Assembly: GCA_947258975.1 (NCBI GenBank)
Contig: CAMYKK010000001.1
Location: forward strand, 86,451-150,450
DNA from: an uncultured Gammaproteobacteria bacterium
GTDB taxonomy: Bacteria; Pseudomonadota; Gammaproteobacteria; Arenicellales; JAANXG01
DNA: 64,000 bases
Direction: 5' to 3'
Shown: positions 38,368 through 46,876 of the stretch, piece by piece
Layout: every line of letters begins with the position of its first letter
How positions within the stretch are numbered: position 1 is the first letter of the stretch
The notes under the pieces: model-generated
Told to the model about the DNA's origin: nothing
Database searches by the model: none
Seen by the model: the letters and a program-made list of their open reading frames with translations, nothing else
Position numbers and translations under genes: made by a program

Positions 38368-39618
38368 TCAGTCGCGTCCCCCGAGCACGCGCCCCAACCG
38401 CTGGATTGCCACCTGCACCGCCGCCTCCGACTCGGACGCGTAACACAGTCGAAAAAAGCCCGGTTCAGCGATGCGGCACGCCTCTCCGGGCGTGAGGTTG
38501 ATATTCGCCTCGTCCAGGATGCGGCGCCACAGCCGCTGTTCCGCCTCCCATGTCGGCGTGTCGAGGTGTGGGCGCAGGTCGCAGATCAGGAAGAAGCCCG
38601 CCTCGGCGGGCAGGTAGGCGATCGCCGATGCGTCAAGACTCTGCGTCACCCGCTGGTATGCCTGTTTCAAGTCGGTTCGCATCCGCTTGATATAGTCGTC
38701 CACAACCGCCCGGTCCGACACCAGTTGTGAGAGCAGGTATTGTGTGTGCCCCGAACAACCTGACCAGTATGCGAGCTCGCTAACGGCGCGGAGCACGTCG
38801 TCATTGCCGCTGATCAGGACGCCGCAGCGAAGCCCGCTTGCTCCGAAGTCCTTACTGAAGCCCCAAACGATATGTACGCGCGCGCCGAGTTCCGTGCGCA
38901 AGCTCGCGGCGCTCACGAAGGGACGATCACCGAACACAGAGAGCGCGTAGATCTCGTCGAAGACGACGTGAAAGCCCTTGCCCTCGGCCCACGCGAGAAC
39001 ATCCTGGAGTTCCGCGCGCGAATACACGCGGCCAAGCGGGTTGTCGGGTGTGGTAAAGAGCAGCGTGCCTACCGGGACGTCCGCATTGGCCGTCGCCTCG
39101 TCGAGTAGCGCCGGTGTGAGCCGGAAATCGTTGCGGCTGCTGCACTCAACCGGCACGATCGAGAGGCCATCGCGGATCTCAAGGTCGGGCCAAAATCCGG
39201 CGTAGCTCGGCGTCGGAACGAGCACCCCTGCCCCCGGATCGGCGATGACGTAGAACAAGATCTCCAGCACGGAACCCGCTCCGGCGAGGACCGCGATGCG
39301 CGCGGGATCGACAGCGCGGCCCAGGAAGCTGCGGCTCATGAAGGCGGCGAGGTTCCGGCGGAACGCCAAGTTGCCGGTCACGTCGTCGTAGCCGAGTACC
39401 GCGCTGGGAACGTCTCGGTAGCGGTCCAGACATCTGACGAGCCGCTCGGCCATGCGCTTGTTCTCGGCAATGCAGAGTGAGATGTATCCGTCGGGGCGCG
39501 AGTCGGGGTCCCAGGGCCGGTGAACGCGTTCGAAGTGCTCCGCGATATAGCGCGGGCGGGGCGGCGCGTCGACCAGCTTTCGGCCGCGGCGCGAGAGTGG
39601 GGACGTGGGCGAGCTCAC
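38368..39618 (-). CDS. Class I/II PLP-dependent aminotransferase-fold enzyme, ACC-synthase-like subgroup
   Basis: GYISLCIAENKRM (compare LAENQL of ACC synthases), the PLP-lysine motif GFSKDFGASGLRCG, and C-terminal PGEACRIAEPGFFRLCYA. The GTG start overlaps the upstream stop (GTGA). Confidence 0.85.
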   Translation of the reverse strand: MSSPTSPLSRRGRKLVDAPPRPRYIAEHFERVHRPWDPDSRPDGYISLCIAENKRMAERLVRCLDRYRDVPSAVLGYDDVTGNLAFRRNLAAFMSRSFLGRAVDPARIAVLAGAGSVLEILFYVIADPGAGVLVPTPSYAGFWPDLEIRDGLSIVPVECSSRNDFRLTPALLDEATANADVPVGTLLFTTPDNPLGRVYSRAELQDVLAWAEGKGFHVVFDEIYALSVFGDRPFVSAASLRTELGARVHIVWGFSKDFGASGLRCGVLISGNDDVLRAVSELAYWSGCSGHTQYLLSQLVSDRAVVDDYIKRMRTDLKQAYQRVTQSLDASAIAYLPAEAGFFLICDLRPHLDTPTWEAEQRLWRRILDEANINLTPGEACRIAEPGFFRLCYASESEAAVQVAIQRLGRVLGGRD

Positions 39619-42600
39619 TTGTGCTGGAGCATCTCGAACCCCCGCCAGTCAAAGGGAGGGGCGTTTGCGGCGTAGCGCTTCGCACGCGCGGCGAACAGCG
39701 ATAGGACCGCGTCCTCCGGATCGAGCGCCAGGGCCGCGGTGAAGATCTCGTGGGCCGTGGTGAAGTCGCGGGCGCAGTAGCGCTCCATGGCGATGTGCAG
39801 CCGATCCCGCGTCGACTCTTTTGCAGCGCAGCGTCCGGGGGGCTCGCCGTCGAGTACTTCATAAAGCGGGACGCCCCGCTCTTTGCCCCTGACCGCGACG
39901 CGGTCGACGATGCGCAGGGAGAATTCCTCGGGCGCGCGCAGGCGTTGGTAGGTGCGTTCCCCGATCAGGAACGGCGCATGGTAAAACTTGGTGAGCTGCT
40001 CAATGCGGGAAGCCATGTTGACGCAATCCCCCACCACGGTGCATTGCAGACGATCTTGCGCGCCTACCGTCCCCAGTACCAGTTCGCCGGTGTTCACCCC
40101 CACACCCATCCTCAGGGTAGGGCCTCCGCGTACCGCTGACTCGCGGTTGAGGTCTTCCAGCGCGCGGCACATCTTGATTCCCGCCTGCACCGCCCGGTCG
40201 GCGGACAAACCGAAGAGCGCCATGATCTCGTCGCCGTTATAGGAGTCGACAAACCCCCCGGCTTCGGTGATCGGCTCGATGAGCCGGCTGAACAAGCGAT
40301 TCAACAGTTCAATCACCGCGCGTGCGCCCAGTCGTTCTGCGAGCGGTGTGAAATCGCGCAGGTCTGCGAACATCACCGTCATTTCCCGGGCGACGTACTC
40401 GCCGAGGCCAACTTGCGCAATGTCGTGGTGGCCCAGGCTCTCGAGGAACTGGCTGGGCACGAAACGCTGCTGTGCCTCGGCCAGGCGCAGTTGGTCCGCG
40501 AAGAGCTGGGCGTTCTCGATTGAGATCGACGCCTGCGCCGAGAGCAGATTGATGATCTCGACACGCTCTTCGGTGAAGACGCCGGTGGTGAGATTATTCT
40601 CCAAGTAGATCGCCGCCAGAAATTGACCGTGTCGGAGGATCGGAATGCAAAGGACTGACTTTGGTTGGCGCATGACGATGTAAGGGTCCGTTGCGAAGCG
40701 GCCGGACTGTGTGGCGTCGTTCAATACCAGCGCAGTGCCGGTGCGCAGTACGTTATTGACCACCGAGACGGGCAGCAGCGGATCCCCGCCGGGCGCCTGT
40801 GCGGGAATGTTCGCGGCATGCACGGGTCCGTCGCGACCCGCTTCGCCCTGGGCCCGGATCATGAGCTGGTCGCCCTCGCGAACGACGAAGTATCCCTTCT
40901 GGCCGCCCGCATTCTCGAGCACTATTTGTATCGTCGTCATCAGCAGCTTCTCGACGTCGATCTCGCCGGAGATGGCCTGCGAGGCCTTCACTACCGAACT
41001 CATGTCCAACGCAGCCGAGTCCAAGGACCGCGTCATCGTAAAGGAGGTCTGCGTGTCCGGGCCACCACCGCGCGCCGGTACCGGCACGCGCAGCATCTGC
41101 GGGTACTTCCGCTCCAGGTGTTCGACCTTGCGGTGAGCTCCCCAACGGTAGTAGAGGTAGTGAGCCGCGCCCAGGTAACCCTCGGCTGCCTTCGACAAAC
41201 CGGCGCTCTCGAGGTATTTGGCGGCCAACTCGTTGGCCAGGGCCTCATCGCGACGGAACTCGTTGTTTTTAGCGGCGGCGATCGCCTGCTCGTATCGTTG
41301 CAGTGCATCCGGCATCCGGCCCATCAGCCGGGCCAGCTCGGCCCGCATGATGAGACGCAGGTGATCGAAGTTTTCCGGACAATTGTCGGCCCATATCGTC
41401 ATCTGGTTCAGGTGCGCCTCTAATACTCCGAGTGTCTTCTGTTGTTGCGTGTCCTTCATGTCCGCATAGAGGGCGGCGCGCGTCAGGAAGGCAACCAGGT
41501 GGAACCGCACGAGCTGAGGCAGCGACATGGAGGATGCGACGAGCTCGTCCTGGCGCCGCACGTGCTCGAGTGCGCCTTGGAAGTCGTCGTAGAAGAAGTG
41601 GATTTCCGCTTTATAGATATGGTAGTTGGCGATACCGGTCATGAATTTCCGCCGCCGCATTCCCTCGACGCACCGTGTTTCGTCGAAGGAGGCGTCGTTC
41701 ATCGAGTACAACTCCTCTGTCAATCCCTGGAAATTGAGCTGCAACTGCAGGAACAAGGTCCCCGAGTCCAGTGAGTCCTGATACTCGCAGTCTCTGACGA
41801 CAGCAAGATTCTTGCGATGCTCTTGAGAGGCCGTTTCCAGATCGAGTGTTGGGTCCCAAATAATGCAGTCCTGTGCGCTGTAGGCTAGGTACAGCAGATC
41901 TCCGGACTGGTACCCTGCTTCAATTCCTTTGCGAAACCACGGGGTCATACTGGACCAGCTCTTGCTCCAGTGATGGATGAACATCGTGTAAACGTAGATG
42001 ATCCTCGATTTGAGTGCGACGTCGTTGAAGCGCTCGTTCATCGCCACTGCAAGCCGGCCGTACTCAAAGCCCAGCGCCGGTTGGTTCAGGGCGCCGCACA
42101 GGAGCATCCCGTAGGCCGCGTAGGCGAACGCGGATTCGGGGCTGTTGCCGTGACGCAGAGAGAGGTTAACGGATTTCAAAACGAGGTACGGAAACAGGTC
42201 TCCACTCCCCGACAGGAACGCCGCGGGGAAGATCTCCATCAGCAGGCGAATCGCGACCCGTGCCTGCGGGTCTACGAGCCCGGGTGCGTCGATCAGTTTG
42301 GGGATGGAACGCTCCTGGAGATTCTTCTCGACCTGCGCGAACTCGTCGGCGACGGCATCGGAACCGGGATTTGCGAGCAGGTCGATACCCAGCAGCGACA
42401 AGCCGGCGATCGCCGCCTGAATGGACTCGCGCATTTTCCCGATGGTCGCATATTGGCGCGTACGGGCCGACAGAATCTCCGCTTTCGCCAATGGCGTCTG
42501 TGCGTGTTCGAGCATCGTCTCTGTCCACGCTTCGGCTTCTTTGTAGTCTCCGGTCAGATACGCGCACTGCTGGACCTCCTTGCTGAGCGCCAGCATGAGA

Positions 42601-45008
42601 TCGTGGTCGTTGTCCCACGCGTCCCCAGGGAGCACCTGTTGGCCGATGCGAAGAAAGTCGAGTGCGGAGCCATACGCCGAGGATTGCCGGGTCTTGACTC
42701 CGGCCTGGAGATTGAGGTCGGCAAGCTCGCGGCGCTCGGTGGGATCCTCGATCAGTTCACGTCCCGCGTTCAGATGTCCCACGATGGCAATGAGCCGCTC
42801 TGCGATTTCTTCTTGCGTGCCATGGCGTTGCATCAGCCGCCCGACCGACAGGTGGACCGCCTGTTTCCGGTGGCTATCGATGAGTGCATAGGCGGCCTGC
42901 TGAACGCGGTCGTGCTGAAACTTATAGAGAGGTATCACCGCGTCAGATCCGTCTCCACCCGCGGCGTCCGGGCTGACGAACTTATAGCTTTCATTCAGGG
43001 GAATAACCATATTCCGCTTGAGTGCCTCATGAAGCGCCGCGCTGGTCTGTGCCATCGATCGCTCGTGGATGATCGACAGGGTCCTGAGGTCGAAGGTATT
43101 GCCGATGCACGCGGCGAGCTGCAGCACCTGCTGTGTGGAATCGCGCAGGCGACGCAGGTTCGCAACCATGAACTCGACGACGTTGTCCCCCACCTCTGCG
43201 CGCCTCACCGCGTCCATGTCCCAGTCCCAACGCCCACACTCCGGGTCAAAGCCGATCGCCGCGTCCTCGTTCAGGCTTTTGAGCAGTTCCTTGATGAAGA
43301 ACGGGTTGCCCTGGGCCTTATCGTAGAGGAGTTCGCTGAGGCACCGCGAGCGTTCCGGATCGCTGTGCAGGGCGTCGGCGATCAGTCGATCGACGGCGGC
43401 CCGCCCCAAGGGCCGCAGGGAGAGTTTGGTGAATTCCCGTGTCTTCTGTATCTGGTCCAAAGCCATGCGCAGCGGATGGCTTGCGTCGACCGCGTTGCTG
43501 CGGTAGGTGCCGATGACGAGAAGGTGGTGCAACTCGCGTGCCGTGACCAGGCGCTGAATCAGGTTCAGCGTGGGGATGTCGCTCCACTGGAGGTCGTCCA
43601 TGAAGATGACCAGCGGGTGCGGCTCGGTCGCGAACACCTTGACGAAGTTCAGGAAAACGATCTGGAAACGGTTCTGCGCCTCTGTGGGCGGCAGCTCCGG
43701 AACGCGCGGCTGCGCCCCGATCACGAGCGCGAGTTCGGGTATCAGGTCGATAAGCAGTTGCCCATTGGGCCCCAGGGCTGCTACCAGGGCCTCGCGCCAG
43801 CGGTCCAGTTGCTCCTTGGGTTCGCAGAGTAGCTGCTGCATGAGGCCGCGAAACGCGAGCGCGAATGCACTGTAGGCGGCGCTGCGCTGGAATTGGTCGA
43901 ATTTTCCCTGGATCAGGTAGCCCTGCTCGCGAACGATCGACTTGCCGAGCTCGTTGACCAGCGCCGACTTGCCGACGCCCGCATACCCCGATACCAGGCA
44001 CAGTTCCGTCGCACCATGGGCCACGTCGTCGAACCGGGCAACGAGTTGCCCCAGCTCCTCCTCGCGGCCGTAGAGTTGTTGCGGGATTTGGAACTTGCGT
44101 GAAATGTCCTTTTGCCCCAAGGCAAAGGGTGTGACCGACCCTGTATGCGCGCGCTCGTCGCGACAACGTTCAAGATCGGCGATCAGGCCATAGGTGCTCT
44201 GGTAGCGGTCCTCAGCGTTCTTGGCCATGAGCTTCGAGATGATCCGTGAGAGCGGCTCGGGTATGTCGTCGACGACCGCATGTGCCGCGGGTGCCGGATG
44301 GCTGATGTGGCGATGCACCCACTCGAGCGCGTTGTCGGCGGAGAAGGGGAGTTCGCCGGTGAGCAGCTCGTAAAGTGTGACACCCAACGAGTAGTAGTCC
44401 GAGCGGTAATCCAGGTCGCGATTCATCCGCCCCGTCTGCTCCGGCGAGATATAGGGCAGCGAGCCCTCCAGACGTTTCGACAGCGTGATGCTTTGACGCT
44501 CGCGGGAGAGCTCCGAGGAGATGCCGAAGTCGATCAGACGCAGCCCGCCCGTTTCCGGGTCGATCAGCACGTTCCGTGGCGTGACGTCCTTGTGCACGAC
44601 GTCTAGCTCGTGCAACCGGCCGAGTACCTGCGCGAGGCGAACGGCGATCGAGAACACAAGGTCGAGGGGCAGCGGTTTACGATTACGCTGCGCCATTAGG
44701 TCGGCCAATGAGAGGCCGAACGGCTCCATCTCAATGGCCAGGTTGTCCGCGCCATAACTCACGAGCGAATGCACGCGAATGACTCCGTCGACGCTCAATT
44801 TGTTCGCGATCTGGAACTCGCGCCGGATCTCCGCCACGTCCTGCTTGCGTGGGTACTGGGCACGCAACGTCTTGAGCATAACTTCCTCGCCGTCCACCTT
44901 GCGCACGGCCCGGTAGATGACGCGCGGGCCCGATTCGTGGACGACGTCTTCGAGGTCGAACCCCGGAATGCTCACCGCTGTGACACGCGTGGCGCGGACC
45001 GCTTTCAT
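39615..45008 (-). CDS. 1797-aa multidomain signalling protein: Ser/Thr kinase + P-loop (AAA_16/STAND-type) NTPase + helical repeats + GAF + class III nucleotidyl cyclase + short TPR-like tail
   Basis: Kinase: VMLK, HKDVTPRNVLI, DFG, SPE. NTPase: Walker A GYAGVGKSALV, Walker B LVIFMDDLQW. GAF: ..VLCIPILRHGQFLAAIYLEN. Cyclase: VMFADLRDFTPLAE, GDEIMALFG, RMGVGVNTGELVLGTVG, VVGDCVNMASRIE. Confidence 0.85.
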   Translation of the reverse strand: MKAVRATRVTAVSIPGFDLEDVVHESGPRVIYRAVRKVDGEEVMLKTLRAQYPRKQDVAEIRREFQIANKLSVDGVIRVHSLVSYGADNLAIEMEPFGLSLADLMAQRNRKPLPLDLVFSIAVRLAQVLGRLHELDVVHKDVTPRNVLIDPETGGLRLIDFGISSELSRERQSITLSKRLEGSLPYISPEQTGRMNRDLDYRSDYYSLGVTLYELLTGELPFSADNALEWVHRHISHPAPAAHAVVDDIPEPLSRIISKLMAKNAEDRYQSTYGLIADLERCRDERAHTGSVTPFALGQKDISRKFQIPQQLYGREEELGQLVARFDDVAHGATELCLVSGYAGVGKSALVNELGKSIVREQGYLIQGKFDQFQRSAAYSAFALAFRGLMQQLLCEPKEQLDRWREALVAALGPNGQLLIDLIPELALVIGAQPRVPELPPTEAQNRFQIVFLNFVKVFATEPHPLVIFMDDLQWSDIPTLNLIQRLVTARELHHLLVIGTYRSNAVDASHPLRMALDQIQKTREFTKLSLRPLGRAAVDRLIADALHSDPERSRCLSELLYDKAQGNPFFIKELLKSLNEDAAIGFDPECGRWDWDMDAVRRAEVGDNVVEFMVANLRRLRDSTQQVLQLAACIGNTFDLRTLSIIHERSMAQTSAALHEALKRNMVIPLNESYKFVSPDAAGGDGSDAVIPLYKFQHDRVQQAAYALIDSHRKQAVHLSVGRLMQRHGTQEEIAERLIAIVGHLNAGRELIEDPTERRELADLNLQAGVKTRQSSAYGSALDFLRIGQQVLPGDAWDNDHDLMLALSKEVQQCAYLTGDYKEAEAWTETMLEHAQTPLAKAEILSARTRQYATIGKMRESIQAAIAGLSLLGIDLLANPGSDAVADEFAQVEKNLQERSIPKLIDAPGLVDPQARVAIRLLMEIFPAAFLSGSGDLFPYLVLKSVNLSLRHGNSPESAFAYAAYGMLLCGALNQPALGFEYGRLAVAMNERFNDVALKSRIIYVYTMFIHHWSKSWSSMTPWFRKGIEAGYQSGDLLYLAYSAQDCIIWDPTLDLETASQEHRKNLAVVRDCEYQDSLDSGTLFLQLQLNFQGLTEELYSMNDASFDETRCVEGMRRRKFMTGIANYHIYKAEIHFFYDDFQGALEHVRRQDELVASSMSLPQLVRFHLVAFLTRAALYADMKDTQQQKTLGVLEAHLNQMTIWADNCPENFDHLRLIMRAELARLMGRMPDALQRYEQAIAAAKNNEFRRDEALANELAAKYLESAGLSKAAEGYLGAAHYLYYRWGAHRKVEHLERKYPQMLRVPVPARGGGPDTQTSFTMTRSLDSAALDMSSVVKASQAISGEIDVEKLLMTTIQIVLENAGGQKGYFVVREGDQLMIRAQGEAGRDGPVHAANIPAQAPGGDPLLPVSVVNNVLRTGTALVLNDATQSGRFATDPYIVMRQPKSVLCIPILRHGQFLAAIYLENNLTTGVFTEERVEIINLLSAQASISIENAQLFADQLRLAEAQQRFVPSQFLESLGHHDIAQVGLGEYVAREMTVMFADLRDFTPLAERLGARAVIELLNRLFSRLIEPITEAGGFVDSYNGDEIMALFGLSADRAVQAGIKMCRALEDLNRESAVRGGPTLRMGVGVNTGELVLGTVGAQDRLQCTVVGDCVNMASRIEQLTKFYHAPFLIGERTYQRLRAPEEFSLRIVDRVAVRGKERGVPLYEVLDGEPPGRCAAKESTRDRLHIAMERYCARDFTTAHEIFTAALALDPEDAVLSLFAARAKRYAANAPPFDWRGFEMLQHK

Positions 45009-45011
45009 GGA

Positions 45012-45728
45012 TCAGACCGCGAACAGGCGCGCGAAAGTGCTTTGGAAGTGCTCTCGAGCGGTGTCGCGGAGTGGGCTCCCATGTCCGCACAGCGCGTGCT
45101 TGAAGGGCACCGTCTTCAGCCGGACGAAGTCCGGTGCCTGCGGCTCGCTCGCATGCACCCACGCCAGTCCCAGGTTCGCGCGCGTGAAAAAGCCCATCTC
45201 CCGCATGGTCGCGACGGTCTCGTCGCCGAAGAACTTGTCCGGCTCGACCCAGTTCTGCAGCGAGTCACAGGCGATCATGATACCGCCCTCGCGGTCGAGA
45301 CGCAGGATGCCTTCGGGCCGCTTAGCGGTCTTGAACTCGAACAGGCTGCAGTTGCTGAAGGGCATCTCCCCGTCGGCGATGAGCGTCTTGTCGGTCTGTA
45401 GAGGGTCCTGGATTTCCATCTCCGGCAGCGCCCAGAAGGTCGCTGCGTAACGGTCGACGTAGAAGGGGTCGTCGCTTCCATGCATATCACCTATCCTGAT
45501 GACATTCACCACCGAGCCGAGTGCGTCGAGGGTGGCCAGCCCCTGGTTGTCGAGCCGTACGGCGTTGATTATCGTCAGCCGCTCACCTTCTCGAACGACA
45601 GTCATGTTGCGGCTGAACTGCCACATCGATCCGAAAAACTCGTTCTTCATGGTCCCGGTAACGAAGAAGACGTCGGGAAAGACCTCTTCAATCGTACCGT
45701 GCGGCATGGCGTCGGGGAATGTAGCCAT
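45012..45728 (-). CDS. Metallo-beta-lactamase-fold-like protein with degenerate metal motif
   Basis: Start set at the ATG at 45728, with GGAGA 7 nt upstream. NVIRIGDMHGSDDPFY sits where HxHxDH is expected. Later IACDSL and CGHGSP resemble the remaining MBL motifs. Its stop is 3 nt before the kinase gene's ATG. Confidence 0.5.
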   Translation of the reverse strand: MATFPDAMPHGTIEEVFPDVFFVTGTMKNEFFGSMWQFSRNMTVVREGERLTIINAVRLDNQGLATLDALGSVVNVIRIGDMHGSDDPFYVDRYAATFWALPEMEIQDPLQTDKTLIADGEMPFSNCSLFEFKTAKRPEGILRLDREGGIMIACDSLQNWVEPDKFFGDETVATMREMGFFTRANLGLAWVHASEPQAPDFVRLKTVPFKHALCGHGSPLRDTAREHFQSTFARLFAV

Positions 45729-45793
45729 TGTTGGTTCTCCGAATGTGTTGTGCCAAGGATATTTGGCGGAGCGCGTCGGCCGCACCGCGCGGG

Positions 45794-46582
45794 CTATTCA
45801 TACGCATAGCGGCCGACGTAACGGAACTCCGTGTCGTACTCGTGCAGGTAGGCGTTGAGGTAGTTGCGGCCAGCCGCCGAGATGCGGCCGCACTTGATGT
45901 CATCGAGTGTCTCGCGCCCGTCACTGGTGTCGAGCCGCTTGAGATGGAACAGAGTCATGTCCTTGCCGCCAAAGAAGTCGTGCAGGCAGTGGAGGTCCTG
46001 ACGGGCGTCGGTCATGTCGAACACGGCCCCGGCAAGCGCAGTGTACAGCGGATGTCGGGTGAGCGTCCCGTGGTTGAACACCGGCGTGAATACGGGGGGG
46101 TGTTGGAACGGCGGGTAGTACTTCTGGGGATGGACCGGATGCCGGCGGAGTTTGTCGATGTAGGCCGCGTCCAACCCCGCGCTGAGCGCGCCCTTCACGA
46201 GAATGTTGAGGTAGCGCCGCGTGGGCAGGCAGCGGTCGTCCAGATAGGAGGGAAGTCCGATGTAGGTGAGCGCGCGCCGCGATCCGCCGGCGGTCTGCGG
46301 CTCGACTTCGATGCGATCGTAGCCGACCCCGTAGGATTCCACCGCGTCCAGCAGAGGCAAGTGTTCGTCCGCACACAGATGCACGAGGCCTTGCACGTGG
46401 TCCGCGGGTGTATCGGACGGGTGGATGTTGCCGACGCCGCCCTCGTGGCGGAACCAGTGGTGCACATTGAACAGCAGCCGCCAGCCATGGAGTGTGGCGG
46501 CTTCGGACCGCACCGGTTCCACTCCCTTTGCTCGCAGGGAGGCCAGATTGAGATTCGAGCCGTAGCCAAAGTAATAGAACAC
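45794..46582 (-). CDS. Gamma-glutamylcyclotransferase (GGCT/AIG2-like) domain fused to an unrecognised ~110-aa C-terminal domain
   Basis: The MFYYFGYGSNL N-terminal motif and LDAVESYGVGYDRIEV (catalytic Glu context) are typical of the GGCT fold. Residues ~150-262 (..FDMTDARQDLHCLHDFFGGKDMTLFHLKRLD..) match nothing I recognise. Confidence 0.7.
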   Translation of the reverse strand: MFYYFGYGSNLNLASLRAKGVEPVRSEAATLHGWRLLFNVHHWFRHEGGVGNIHPSDTPADHVQGLVHLCADEHLPLLDAVESYGVGYDRIEVEPQTAGGSRRALTYIGLPSYLDDRCLPTRRYLNILVKGALSAGLDAAYIDKLRRHPVHPQKYYPPFQHPPVFTPVFNHGTLTRHPLYTALAGAVFDMTDARQDLHCLHDFFGGKDMTLFHLKRLDTSDGRETLDDIKCGRISAAGRNYLNAYLHEYDTEFRYVGRYAYE

Positions 46583-46876
46583 GCGTGTCGCTTACGAAGA
46601 TGTTGGAGTTTCTGCCTTCGGCACTTATGTTATCAGACCGCTTGAGTTTTTATACGTTCACCGCATGACGCGCGTGCTCCGTAGCATCACGTCGTTGCCG
46701 ACGCCGTGCTTCCGCCCGCCCGACGCGAGTAAGTGTTGGTTGCTGATCTCCGTATGACGGCAGTATCCTGATTACGGCAGCCGGCAGCAGCGGCTTGAAA
46801 TAGACAGCGCGAAGTGGTTCCCTATCGTCAGAGGGAGCGACAACCCGCCGCTCAGAGCTTGCCAGCAGGTGCCAAT

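Noticed and set aside
41970-43832. 620-aa ORF on the plus strand (plus neighbours 40665..41423 and 44769..45401)
   Set aside because: They are antisense to the kinase-NTPase-GAF-cyclase gene. They are Arg/Val/Gly-rich with no recognisable motifs, so I treat them as shadow ORFs.
45728-46645. 305-aa ORF on the plus strand
   Set aside because: It is antisense to the GGCT-fusion gene and to the start of the MBL-like gene. It is a shadow ORF.
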